From a virus (Duplodnaviria; Caudoviricetes): a stretch of 32,973 bases of DNA. The position numbers were made by a program, and so were the translations under genes. Shown here one piece after another: positions 1-8,342 of the stretch. How positions within the stretch are numbered: the first letter of the stretch is position 1; every line of letters begins with the position of its first letter. The stretch spans positions 1 through 32,973 of the IMG/VR virus record IMGVR_UViG_3300037440_001002; one strand, 5' to 3'. The notes beneath the pieces are model-generated. The model had not been told where the DNA came from. It saw only the letters and a list, made by a program, of their open reading frames with translations, and ran no database searches.

Positions 1-339
1 CTTTTTCTACTCTCACAGCATCCGGGGCTTTCTCACTTACAGGCGATCAAGTTCAAGTAGATGAAGGGGGTACAGGACTAAGTACTGTTACTACAGGGGA
101 TCTTCTCCTTGCCGATGGTGCGGACAGCATTGCCGCTTTAAACATTGGCGCAACTCCTCGCCAATTACTACAAGTTAATGCAGCCGGCACAACGGCAGAA
201 TGGGCATCAAACATTGATATTCCCGGGACATTAGATGTTACGGGAAACGCAACTTTTGATGGAGATGTGAGCGTAACTGGAACGTTTACCCTTACCGATC
301 TGACCTTGACAGGGTTTTTGACTGTTGACGGTCTTATAA
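1..339 (+). repeat. Terminal direct repeat, copy 1 (circular overlap)
   Basis: Matches 32635-32973 at offset 32634. Positions 1-127 and 276-339 are identical; I count 15 substitutions between 128 and 275. Confidence 0.97.
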
Positions 340-2021
340 CAGGCAATGCGTCAGCTACAATTGATACAGATGGTACCGCTTTAAACCTAGCGACAGACAA
401 CAGTGGAGACGATGTCAATCTTGGGGTTGGTACCGCTGCAAGAGCAATTGCAATTGGTAGCTCTGCAGCCGCTCATACGATCACTATTGGAAGCGCAACA
501 GGAGCTGCAAGTTTAGACCTTCTTTCCGGTACCGGTGGCTTCACTTTAGTGCCAGCAGTAACCGGTACGATCGATATCGGAGCTGCTGCTACCACCGGAA
601 CAATTACTCTTGGTAAGTCTACAGCGGGCCAGCAGATTGATATTTCAAATGCTATCAACACTGGCGCTCAAGTAGTAAATATTGCTTCAGGAGCCGCAGC
701 GGCAGACACCACAGTCAATATTATGACGGGGGTGTCTACAGCCGGTACACAGACAGTAAACGTAGCGACAGGTGCCGCGGAGAGTACAGTAAATATCGGT
801 AATGCTACAGATGCATCAGCTGTATCTATCACTTCAGGGACAGGTTCAATAGCTTTAGCTTCTACCGGAACAGGAGACATTACCATAAATTCTGATGATA
901 CTCTCCTTCTTGATGCTGACGGCGTCCTAGAAATTAACTCCAGTGGAGGAGTAATCGGCATTGGTAACGATGCGGACGCCAATAATATTAATATTGGTAC
1001 AGGCGGCGCAGCCCGAACTATTACCCTTGGTAATGTTACCGGAACAACAGGCGTTGCCATTAACACAGGAACCGACGGCTTTACCTTGCAGCCTACAGGT
1101 GCTGGAGCAGTAACGCTAAACGTCACAGCTGGTAACTTGGCAATTGTAGGAGCCGGAAATAGCATTGGCATTGGGGATGATGCTGCAGCCAACACGGTTA
1201 CAATCGGCTCCACAGATACTACGGCTTCAACAGTAATTCAGTCGGGTACTGGCGACGTAACCGTCACATCGACCGATGATATTCTCGTAGATGCTGTCGG
1301 TGTTCTTGAGCTTAATAGTTCTGCGGGAGTCATTGGAATTGGTAATGACGACGTTGACCAGGCAGTCAATATCGGTACAGATGGGGAAAGAACAGTTACC
1401 GTAGGCTCAGTCAATGGGGCTGCTGCTCTCGTTCTTCAATCCGGTACAGGAAGTGTGTCGATCGCATCCACAGGAACAGGGGATATCACCATCAACTCCG
1501 ATGACACCGTTTTAATTGACTCTGACGGCGTTTTAGAGCTTAACAGCTCCTCGGGGGCTATCAGCATCGCAAACGACGCTGTGGCGCTTAGTGTGAACGT
1601 CGCAACTGGAGCAGCGGCGATGACAACGACTGTCGGAAGCACTAACACTACTTCGACCACAACGATTCAGGCGGGTACTGGGGGGCTTGCTCTAAGTGCG
1701 GCAGGAGCAGTAAGCATGGTACCGGCTACAAATTCAGTCGCGGGAACGTCGTTGACCCTTAACGGAAGAGTTGGTGTTGCCACATTCACAGGACAAACTA
1801 CAGCAGCGGGATCTAATCTCGACCTCACAATCACAAACTCTTCTCTAGGAGCCGGGGATGGTGTTTTTGTAACAGTATCTAACAAGGGATCAAACGATGC
1901 GGACATTACATTAGAAGGGGTGATTACCGAGACTGCGGGAACCTTGACTCTGCACTGCCAGAACAATGGGGCTGCTGCTCTTAATGGTGACGTGATTGCC
2001 ACATTCTGGATCATTAACTAG
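3..2021 (+). CDS. Long tail fibre / beta-helical adhesin-like virion protein, 3' part (gene starts at 32232; about 807 aa when joined)
   Basis: Open frame from the window start, in frame with ATG 32232 through the terminal repeat. G/T/A/I-rich with xIxIG beta-strand repeats. The track start at 267 is an artefact of the break. Confidence 0.85.
   Translation, partial: FSTLTASGAFSLTGDQVQVDEGGTGLSTVTTGDLLLADGADSIAALNIGATPRQLLQVNAAGTTAEWASNIDIPGTLDVTGNATFDGDVSVTGTFTLTDLTLTGFLTVDGLITGNASATIDTDGTALNLATDNSGDDVNLGVGTAARAIAIGSSAAAHTITIGSATGAASLDLLSGTGGFTLVPAVTGTIDIGAAATTGTITLGKSTAGQQIDISNAINTGAQVVNIASGAAAADTTVNIMTGVSTAGTQTVNVATGAAESTVNIGNATDASAVSITSGTGSIALASTGTGDITINSDDTLLLDADGVLEINSSGGVIGIGNDADANNINIGTGGAARTITLGNVTGTTGVAINTGTDGFTLQPTGAGAVTLNVTAGNLAIVGAGNSIGIGDDAAANTVTIGSTDTTASTVIQSGTGDVTVTSTDDILVDAVGVLELNSSAGVIGIGNDDVDQAVNIGTDGERTVTVGSVNGAAALVLQSGTGSVSIASTGTGDITINSDDTVLIDSDGVLELNSSSGAISIANDAVALSVNVATGAAAMTTTVGSTNTTSTTTIQAGTGGLALSAAGAVSMVPATNSVAGTSLTLNGRVGVATFTGQTTAAGSNLDLTITNSSLGAGDGVFVTVSNKGSNDADITLEGVITETAGTLTLHCQNNGAAALNGDVIATFWIIN
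861..1578 (+). repeat. Three ~35-aa internal repeats in the tail fibre
   Basis: GTGDITINSDDTLLLDADGVLEINSSGGVIGIGND, GTGDVTVTSTDDILVDAVGVLELNSSAGVIGIGND and GTGDITINSDDTVLIDSDGVLELNSSSGAISIAND, starting near 861, 1242 and 1467. Confidence 0.9.
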
Positions 2022-2038
2022 GGAAACTAGAAGAAAAT

Positions 2039-2302
2039 ATGGTTAGCGTTAAAGATTTATCCAAAATTGAGCCTCAAGGGGACTTTTCATTCTTCTACGA
2101 ATCTAGGATGGAAAACGATGCAAATGGCAATCCTATTTACATTGGATATACGCAAGTCCCGAACAGTGGAACAGATGTAGAGAGGTGGTTCATCGTTAAA
2201 GTCACCTACGATGCTAATCAATCTCCTACTCGTTACCAGCTTCCTGATGCGGGAGTGGCTTTTAAATATGCTTGGGACGATAGAGCAACCCTCTTCAGTT
2301 AA
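2039..2302 (+). CDS. Small virion/tail-associated protein
   Basis: 87 aa within the tail operon. YIG...W.I.K...WDDRATL pattern is typical of small phage structural proteins. Confidence 0.65.
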   Translation: MVSVKDLSKIEPQGDFSFFYESRMENDANGNPIYIGYTQVPNSGTDVERWFIVKVTYDANQSPTRYQLPDAGVAFKYAWDDRATLFS

Positions 2303-2311
2303 GGAGTATAA

Positions 2312-3016
2312 GTGGGATACAGATTCAATCCTTTACCGTGGAGATTCGACAGAGTCGAGGGTGGAACCGCTGCCGGTGATATTGAGACTCTAACGGGTAA
2401 TAGCGGGGGGGCTGTTGGTCCCGATGGAGCTTTCAATGTCAATATTCTTGGCTCTGGCAATATTGACGTAGCTGGAAATCCCGGTACAAATACTCTTACC
2501 ATTTTCGAAACTGATCCTTCAGTGCGCTTTATAGCTGGGGATGCAGCCACAAGTGTTCCTCCAGATGGTTCGGGTATTATCAATATTGTGGGAAGCGGGA
2601 GTGTCACAGTTACTGAAGATGTTCCCAGCAATACTCTTACAATTGCAGTATCCGGCATCCCTAATTACACATGTGGCACCGGTACCACCATTGATACTGC
2701 AACTGTTGATTTGGTGACGATAGATATGGGAGGTTCCGGGGCGTGCTTTACCGTACGAGGTATTATCACAGGAAAAGCAGCCTCTGCGCATGCTATTGGA
2801 GGGCAAGTTGTAGCGACTGTACGTACCGACGGTGCAACGGCAACCATTGTCAACACTCCCGATATCATAAAAAACGCTGACTTGGTTCTTTCTTCCGGTA
2901 GCTTTACAATTGTAGCTTCTGGTAATGATCTAATTTTAAGAGCTGCTGGGGCGCTTGGTAGTGTCATTTCATGGCAAGGATGTTTAGAAAATATTAGTGT
3001 AACAAACGGGGTATAA
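2312..3016 (+). CDS. Short tail fibre / virion structural protein
   Basis: AAGGAG RBS with GTG start. N-terminal YRFNP motif and two related units (TLTGNSGGAVGPDG...NTLTI and FIAGDAATSVPPDG...NTLTI); G/T-rich. Confidence 0.75.
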   Translation: MGYRFNPLPWRFDRVEGGTAAGDIETLTGNSGGAVGPDGAFNVNILGSGNIDVAGNPGTNTLTIFETDPSVRFIAGDAATSVPPDGSGIINIVGSGSVTVTEDVPSNTLTIAVSGIPNYTCGTGTTIDTATVDLVTIDMGGSGACFTVRGIITGKAASAHAIGGQVVATVRTDGATATIVNTPDIIKNADLVLSSGSFTIVASGNDLILRAAGALGSVISWQGCLENISVTNGV

Positions 3017-4125
3017 TGGCTGGATTTAACGACGATGTAGTCTTTGCACAAGAAGGAATGCGGATTGGAGATGAAACGATTTCTACATCCGAGCAAGCAT
3101 CCATTCAATTTGATGAACCAAGCGAAGATGTAGCTCTTCTTATTGCCAATACATCCGACGATGCAGCTTCTAGTGCCTATGAAGAGATCAAGCTCAATAG
3201 CGTCAACTCTGGGGAATCCTTTACTAGATATAGAGCTGGTGATACGGCATCTTTCGCTTTCGGAATGCTTGCTAATTCATCAATTCCCAGATTTTCCTTA
3301 ACATTTAAAAATGATGGAGAGTGTACACCAAATAGTTGGACCAATATTCCTATCAGGTGTGAGGAAATGGACCCCGGCACCGGAACAGCAGTTACTATTA
3401 TCCGTTCTCGCATGGCAGTCGCATCTGAAGGAACAGGGGAATCCTATTTTGTGGTTAATTCAAATAACGATGCTGGCGTTGTCCCCTTAATTCAGCTTAT
3501 TCAAACCAATGGATCTGATAACACTCATATACATTGGGCTGGAGGGAATGGGTCAAATTGGCATATAGGAACCGACGCATCAGATAACTCTAATTTTTAT
3601 ATTACTACCGCTTCCGTATCCAGTTGGCCACCAACCGCGGCCAACACTAAGGGCAAAATTACCCAGGAAGGGGAAGTTACATGGCCTCAAACGCCTGCAT
3701 TTTTAGCTTTTCAATCCGTAGCGCAACTCAATGGAACTGGTTCAGGCGCCGAATTAAGGATTACATTTACGGATGAAAGATTTGATCAAAATGGTGACTA
3801 TGATGGCACGGATACTTTTACCGCCCCTGTAGACGGGAGATACTTTTTTTGTGCTTCCGTTCATTGGGAAAATATCACTTCTTCTTTTACTCACGTAAGT
3901 TGTGTAATTGACATATCGAATGGAGATATGCAAGTGTGGAGTACTGATGGAGACAATGTAGCGACTGATGATTCTTTAGAACAAATGACTTGCTCCGGCG
4001 CAGTCTTTTGCGATATGGATGATGGAGATATTGCTACCTTCGATACCAATATTTTTGGGGGAACCAATACCGTTGATACTGTTGCGGATCAAGGAACATA
4101 TTTTTCAGGATATTTAGCATGTTAG
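3016..4125 (+). CDS. Receptor-binding protein with C-terminal C1q-like domain
   Basis: TAATG overlap with the upstream gene. C-terminal PAFLA...ITFTDERFDQNGDYD.TDTFTAPVDGRYFF...YFSGYL matches the C1q/TNF-like fold signature. Confidence 0.8.
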   Translation: MAGFNDDVVFAQEGMRIGDETISTSEQASIQFDEPSEDVALLIANTSDDAASSAYEEIKLNSVNSGESFTRYRAGDTASFAFGMLANSSIPRFSLTFKNDGECTPNSWTNIPIRCEEMDPGTGTAVTIIRSRMAVASEGTGESYFVVNSNNDAGVVPLIQLIQTNGSDNTHIHWAGGNGSNWHIGTDASDNSNFYITTASVSSWPPTAANTKGKITQEGEVTWPQTPAFLAFQSVAQLNGTGSGAELRITFTDERFDQNGDYDGTDTFTAPVDGRYFFCASVHWENITSSFTHVSCVIDISNGDMQVWSTDGDNVATDDSLEQMTCSGAVFCDMDDGDIATFDTNIFGGTNTVDTVADQGTYFSGYLAC

Positions 4126-4132
4126 GAAACAA

Positions 4133-4474
4133 ATGAAAGTAAATGTAGATGGCGAACAAATTCTAGAACTGGAAGATTGGCACAAAGCCGTAATAAAAAA
4201 CGATATTCCAGAGGAAATCTTTGAAGAGGATATGAAAAGACGGGTTCATTATATCCTTACACACAAATTTGAAAGATGTTTTGAAAGATTTCAAAATGAG
4301 TGGCTTAAGAAATTAAGAGATGATCCGTCCGTGACATCAATCCCAACTGACAAAAAAGCGTTGGTAGAAATGGTAATGGCGCGTCCTGACTATAAAAGTC
4401 GCTCGAAAAGAGAAGCAGACGCTGGTCAGGCCCCTAAAAATCCTCGGCCACCATTACCCCCACAACCTGTCTAA
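4133..4474 (+). CDS. Putative tail-fibre assembly chaperone
   Basis: 113-aa charged helical protein directly after the receptor-binding gene; function inferred from position. Confidence 0.5.
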   Translation: MKVNVDGEQILELEDWHKAVIKNDIPEEIFEEDMKRRVHYILTHKFERCFERFQNEWLKKLRDDPSVTSIPTDKKALVEMVMARPDYKSRSKREADAGQAPKNPRPPLPPQPV

Positions 4475-4577
4475 AATAATGGGAGATTTTTCACGTGAAG
4501 GAAAATAGTGCACAAAAATTCCTCTAATTTGTATAGTATGGGCGTTCCGCTGTGGACACTGTATCATATTTAAATCA

Positions 4578-4618
4578 GGATCCTCTCGCGCACACTGAGT
4601 TATGCGAGAGGATTTTTT
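4578..4618 (+). terminator. Rho-independent terminator
   Basis: Stem GGATCCTCTCGCG / TGCGAGAGGATTT followed by a T-run, between convergent operons. Confidence 0.85.
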
Positions 4619-4630
4619 ATTTCAGTCTTT

Positions 4631-4750
4631 TCAGAGACAAACCGAATATTCTACCCCCATTAAGATGACATGGATGTAGAGAAAGAACAAAACGGCGAGG
4701 CTCCCACAAACAATAAGTCCTATCCAGAAAGCTATTCTTTTATCACTCAT
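4631..4750 (-). CDS. 39-aa single-TM peptide (not in ORF track)
   Basis: MSDKRIAFWIGLIVCGSLAVLFFLYIHVILMGVEYSVCL*; ATGA overlap with the YqaJ stop codon. Confidence 0.65.
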   Translation of the reverse strand: MSDKRIAFWIGLIVCGSLAVLFFLYIHVILMGVEYSVCL

Positions 4751-5613
4751 TTTGGACACATAATCCTGTAGAACCCAATGCCCTGTGGCTTGAGGTATTT
4801 TTCTATATCAATGCCATCTTCTTTCATTTTCTCTAGATCATAGCTCTTCCTTGGTGCTGTTCTACATATTTTATAGTGGCCACACTTAAAATTTCCGTCG
4901 TCTCCATATTCGACGATAGAGGCTTTGAGCTCATCTTGCTTCTCTTTGAGTCCCCGCATGTCTTTAGTGACAGACTCATATTGAATCAAGAGCTCTTTAA
5001 GTTCTTCGCTTTCTACCTCCACATAATCGTCCGAAGAGTGTTCGGGAGACGTAAAGCACTTTACATGTTCCCAAAATTCTTGAGCTCGTTTTTGCATAAT
5101 GAGAAACAAGTCTCTATCCGGAAAATGCTCAAAAAGAATCACCTCTTGTTCTTGGACATCCCATATCCCGAGATACCCTTTTTCAGCTCCAACAATTCCC
5201 ATGCTCCACTGAAGTTGCATGATCCACCTTTCATGGTTAGCAGGATCTTTAGCTTTCTCCAATGTTGAAGGAGTTGCCGGAGACTTGATTTCCAGCACTA
5301 TTTTGTGTTTAGCATCGTAACCGTCCAAAGAAGCCTTGAAGATGGAAATCTCATCTTCTACGCACACGGGATTAAAGACGCATTCGAGCTTCAACGCGGC
5401 CTTTTCCACAGCAATGGGTTCCCATTTTTTCCCGAATTCCGTATATTGATTTCCCTCAAAGTTCTTAGAACGCCCGCACTTTTCTTCCCATAACGTATAA
5501 GGCGTGGCATAAGGGTTGGATCCCATGATAGTAGCTATATCTGAGGATCCAATTCCCGCTCGTCTCCATTCAATCCATTCAGGGCTTCCTTGTGTAAAGT
5601 TAACGAATTTCAT
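4747..5613 (-). CDS. YqaJ / lambda-exonuclease-family recombination nuclease
   Basis: QGSPEWIEWRRAGIGSSD, NPYATPYTLWEEK, G...EP, ASLDG, LEIK and QLQW motifs. Confidence 0.93.
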   Translation of the reverse strand: MKFVNFTQGSPEWIEWRRAGIGSSDIATIMGSNPYATPYTLWEEKCGRSKNFEGNQYTEFGKKWEPIAVEKAALKLECVFNPVCVEDEISIFKASLDGYDAKHKIVLEIKSPATPSTLEKAKDPANHERWIMQLQWSMGIVGAEKGYLGIWDVQEQEVILFEHFPDRDLFLIMQKRAQEFWEHVKCFTSPEHSSDDYVEVESEELKELLIQYESVTKDMRGLKEKQDELKASIVEYGDDGNFKCGHYKICRTAPRKSYDLEKMKEDGIDIEKYLKPQGIGFYRIMCPK

Positions 5614-6283
5614 GTGCCATTCCTTGTTTTTTAGCTTCTAGGTTTTTCATCAAGTCCTTGTACTTGGGGGCCGGCAAGTAAGCCAAGCTGTTGATATTAT
5701 AATGCCTTAAGACATTTTCCATGAGCTCTTCTTCTCCAAACTCCATGATTTGCTCCAAGATATCTTTAGCTTGGGCTTGTGTAATGCGTGCCTCCCCATT
5801 TTTTGGGTTCTCAGACTTTTTCCCTGATGCTCTATTACCATCGTCATCTTCATCTCCAGCCACTACGCCTACCATTGACGCATAAGCATAACGACGTGCG
5901 TAGGTGATAGCTGATCCCATTGCTTGCATGGTTTGGTCTTTGGACACTAAAGACATGCAAGACTCGATCCATTCCCCGCTCGTGTGGCAAAGGCGAGTAT
6001 ACAGATAGTTTCTGCCATCTCCATTTCCCATAACGCGCTGAATGACGCTCAGGCCGTTTTTAGTGAGCGCGGGGCGTGATACCCTTATAATCTCGGTTAA
6101 ATCCGCGTAGTGGCTCTTAAAAAAGGGATTAGCGCTATCCTTGTTCGCCACCTCGATCTCTACTTGCGCTTTCGCTAAAGAAGCAAAGAGGTTTTCAAGG
6201 GTTTGCGATTCGTTTTTGGGCTTTACTAGCTTTTGGAGCTGCTCTATTTGTTTAGCTAACTCATTGATTTTTTCTTCACTCAT
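5600..6283 (-). CDS. erf: ERF-family single-strand annealing protein
   Basis: NPFFKSHYADL, LCHTSGEWI and QAMGSAITYARRYA...EDDDGN are the ERF signature; paired with YqaJ. Confidence 0.93.
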   Translation of the reverse strand: MSEEKINELAKQIEQLQKLVKPKNESQTLENLFASLAKAQVEIEVANKDSANPFFKSHYADLTEIIRVSRPALTKNGLSVIQRVMGNGDGRNYLYTRLCHTSGEWIESCMSLVSKDQTMQAMGSAITYARRYAYASMVGVVAGDEDDDGNRASGKKSENPKNGEARITQAQAKDILEQIMEFGEEELMENVLRHYNINSLAYLPAPKYKDLMKNLEAKKQGMAHEIR

Positions 6284-6524
6284 GGATCTTTCCTTTTTTT
6301 TCTAACTGTTGAACATATTTAAACCCTTCGATATGGGCATTCAATATTCCTCTCAATAGGCTTTCCCACGGAAAGGAATACACGTCGTGCCCCGCTGCAA
6401 GGGCAGCTGCCCAAAACATAAATCGATCACACATAAATCCTGGCGGCGTGAGATATTTTTGGGTCATTTTCTCTACGAACGTTTCTATTTCCTCATCGAG
6501 CTCTTCTACTTTAGGTTTTGTCAT
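6276..6524 (-). CDS. Hypothetical protein (early leftward operon)
   Basis: Start chosen at 6524 (GGAGAAGG RBS); overlaps neighbours in the operon. Confidence 0.65.
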   Translation of the reverse strand: MTKPKVEELDEEIETFVEKMTQKYLTPPGFMCDRFMFWAAALAAGHDVYSFPWESLLRGILNAHIEGFKYVQQLEKKGKIHE

Positions 6525-6705
6525 TTTCCTTCTCCCATTGGTAACGTATTTCATAATCTTCTTGGAACAAATAGACTACTTTCCATCTCATAGGGGAAAT
6601 AGACGGAAATTTGTCTCTTTGAAATTTGTAAGATCTGTACATTAGTTCCTCTAAAACTTCAATAGAGGCTTTTTCGGTTTTAGGCGCTAAAGTGTTAAAA
6701 GCCAT
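6511..6705 (-). CDS. Hypothetical protein
   Basis: GGGGGG RBS-like run before ATG; tightly packed in the leftward operon. Confidence 0.6.
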   Translation of the reverse strand: MAFNTLAPKTEKASIEVLEELMYRSYKFQRDKFPSISPMRWKVVYLFQEDYEIRYQWEKENDKT

Positions 6706-6880
6706 ACGCCCCCCCGAGCATTTCTGCAGCCATTTCTTGAGCTTGTTCTATTCTTGCCTCTGCTTCTTCGAGCGATATGTCGTAGCAGTTGGCGTAAAAC
6801 TCAACTTGCTTTTCGTGGGCCTCAGTCATAGCCGCCAGAGATCTTTCTAGATCCACGTTCTTAGGATAAGTATTTTTCAT
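6695..6880 (-). CDS. Hypothetical protein, first gene of the leftward operon
   Basis: AAGGAG RBS before ATG 6880 (MKNTYPK...). Confidence 0.65.
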   Translation of the reverse strand: MKNTYPKNVDLERSLAAMTEAHEKQVEFYANCYDISLEEAEARIEQAQEMAAEMLGGAYGF

Positions 6881-6955
6881 GCATTTCTCCTTGTTTTGTA
6901 TTCTTGTCCGATGTATGCTATCGTAGCACATGCTTAATTAAAGTACACCAAAAAG

Positions 6956-7183
6956 ATGAAAAGACTAGAAAAAGTTCGGCTTTACCTCGAGAGACACGGC
7001 ATTATGAAAAGCTATTTTGCCGAAAATGTGCTTGGCATTTCCCGAAATTTTTTATCGGGGATCTTTGCTGGCAATCGCAAGCTACCGGTTAAATACTGGG
7101 AGGCGGTGATTGAATTTACGGATGGAGAAATAACCTGGGAAGACCTAATGGAGGATTATAACACCAATGAACAAGACGCCTGA
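6956..7183 (+). CDS. Cro/XRE-like HTH regulator
   Basis: YLERHGIMKSYFAENVLGISRNFLSGIFAGNRK...IEFTDGEITWEDL is Cro/YdaS-like; first gene of the rightward early operon, with no SD sequence. Confidence 0.8.
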   Translation: MKRLEKVRLYLERHGIMKSYFAENVLGISRNFLSGIFAGNRKLPVKYWEAVIEFTDGEITWEDLMEDYNTNEQDA

Positions 7184-7508
7184 TTTTAAGAAAGAATTTA
7201 CATTTGAGATCATTTCGCATTATCCTTTTCCTCATAAGGATAACGTGGGCAGCTTCCACGCTTATTGGGAAGAGATGGATATGGATTTGCGCGGTATCGT
7301 GTATGTCATTTCTAAAGGGCAAGACCCTTGGATAAACTTACCTTCCAAAAGAGGGGAAATAAATGGAGAGCCATGCTTTTTTACCTTTTACTCCTTTGCG
7401 GACATGAAGAAGATGAACCGATTTATGAGAGCCTTACGCATGGCTTTCAATCAATATTGGATAGAGCATCGTAGAGAAGAAATTCGTTTAAATTTAAAAA
7501 GGAAGTAA
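7167..7508 (+). CDS. SpoVG-like nucleic-acid-binding protein (copy 1)
   Basis: GGAGG RBS; beta-strand pattern with MDLRGIVY...WINLPSKR resembles the SpoVG fold. Confidence 0.5.
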   Translation: MNKTPDFKKEFTFEIISHYPFPHKDNVGSFHAYWEEMDMDLRGIVYVISKGQDPWINLPSKRGEINGEPCFFTFYSFADMKKMNRFMRALRMAFNQYWIEHRREEIRLNLKRK

Positions 7509-7509
7509 T

Positions 7510-7848
7510 ATGAGTGATAAGTCACCCTCCAAAAAGATAAAAAAACTCTGTTTCACTCCCCATCCAATATTTCGTTTTGGCCTCTCTACGGGAGCTGTTG
7601 CTTTGTTTTTTTTGTTGGATTCCATTGCCGATGAGAAACGAGAGGTTAGAATTTCGCTGCATAACATTTCGAGGATATTGGGGGCTTCCGTTCCAACGAT
7701 CTCTAAATATTCTCTTGAGCTTCTCCAGGCAGGCAAAGTTAGTGGACACCCTCCGTTGGTTTCTTTTCCGTGTGGCACACATAATGGAAGTAAAGCCACG
7801 CTTTACAAGTTAATTCCAAAAGAAAAGCTTTTTTCGTTGAGATTTTAG
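7510..7848 (+). CDS. Winged-HTH domain protein
   Basis: ISLHNISRILGASVPTISKYSLELLQAGKV fits an HTH. Confidence 0.55.
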   Translation: MSDKSPSKKIKKLCFTPHPIFRFGLSTGAVALFFLLDSIADEKREVRISLHNISRILGASVPTISKYSLELLQAGKVSGHPPLVSFPCGTHNGSKATLYKLIPKEKLFSLRF

Positions 7849-7888
7849 GGGATTAAATTTAGGATCCTGAAGTCAACTTAAAATTTAG

Positions 7889-7988
7889 AGGAGGCCCGTG
7901 TGGTAGCTCACGGCAAAAAAAAAGCGCTCCCCCACGAAGGGAGAACACAACAAAAATATAACTATGCCCTGGTTTTACCACACCCTCC
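7889..7988 (+). promoter_or_regulatory. Structured leader upstream of the replication genes
   Basis: Hairpins CCGTG/CACGG and CTCCC/GGGAG; long-range complementarity GGAGG..GTGTGGTA with TACCACAC.CCTCC. Confidence 0.5.
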
Positions 7989-8039
7989 ACTTTTTTCCCA
8001 GTACCAAACATTCTTTTATCCATTTACCAAGGAGTTTCT

Positions 8040-8327
8040 ATGTCTATCCATTGGCCTGATCCGGTTTTTGATTCTTTAGAATGGCCGTTTGATGTTCCCA
8101 TTCGTTTTGGGGTGCTGAATAAAATTTATGGTTTTTTGAAGGAAAATCCTAAAATTGTTTTAACCAAAGGGATGTCGGATCTGCTCATTTCTACTGAAAT
8201 AGGGTGTACCGTCAAGTCTTTAAGGAGAGCCCTAAAGATTATGGCTCTAATGAAAACCATCGAAGTTGAGTATGAAAAAAATAGGATTGTAAAAATTAAA
8301 TTTATAGAGGTTTCCGATAAGACCTAA
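8040..8327 (+). CDS. Winged-HTH domain protein
   Basis: AAGGAG RBS; SDLLISTEIGCTVKSLRRALKIMALMKTIEV fits an HTH. Confidence 0.6.
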   Translation: MSIHWPDPVFDSLEWPFDVPIRFGVLNKIYGFLKENPKIVLTKGMSDLLISTEIGCTVKSLRRALKIMALMKTIEVEYEKNRIVKIKFIEVSDKT

Positions 8328-8342
8328 AGGAGAGAAGATATA

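Noticed and set aside
128-275. Terminal repeat pair as a diversity-generating retroelement TR/VR
   Set aside because: Differences are mostly synonymous and not adenine-specific, and no reverse transcriptase is encoded.
53-3413. Minus-strand ORFs opposite the tail-fibre genes (also 22131-22613 and 32294-32650)
   Set aside because: Antisense shadows of G/T/A-rich coding sequence, with no RBS or recognisable motifs.
4490-4499. Palindrome TTCACGTGAA and ACACGTGT (32190) flanking the tail operon as inversion or recombination sites
   Set aside because: Only a 6-bp core is shared and there is no invertase; compatible with chance.
7964-8059. Possible 31-aa leader peptide MPWFYHTLHFF... in the replication leader
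   Set aside because: No properly spaced RBS, and it overlaps the 8040 gene out of frame; unsupported without ribosome profiling.
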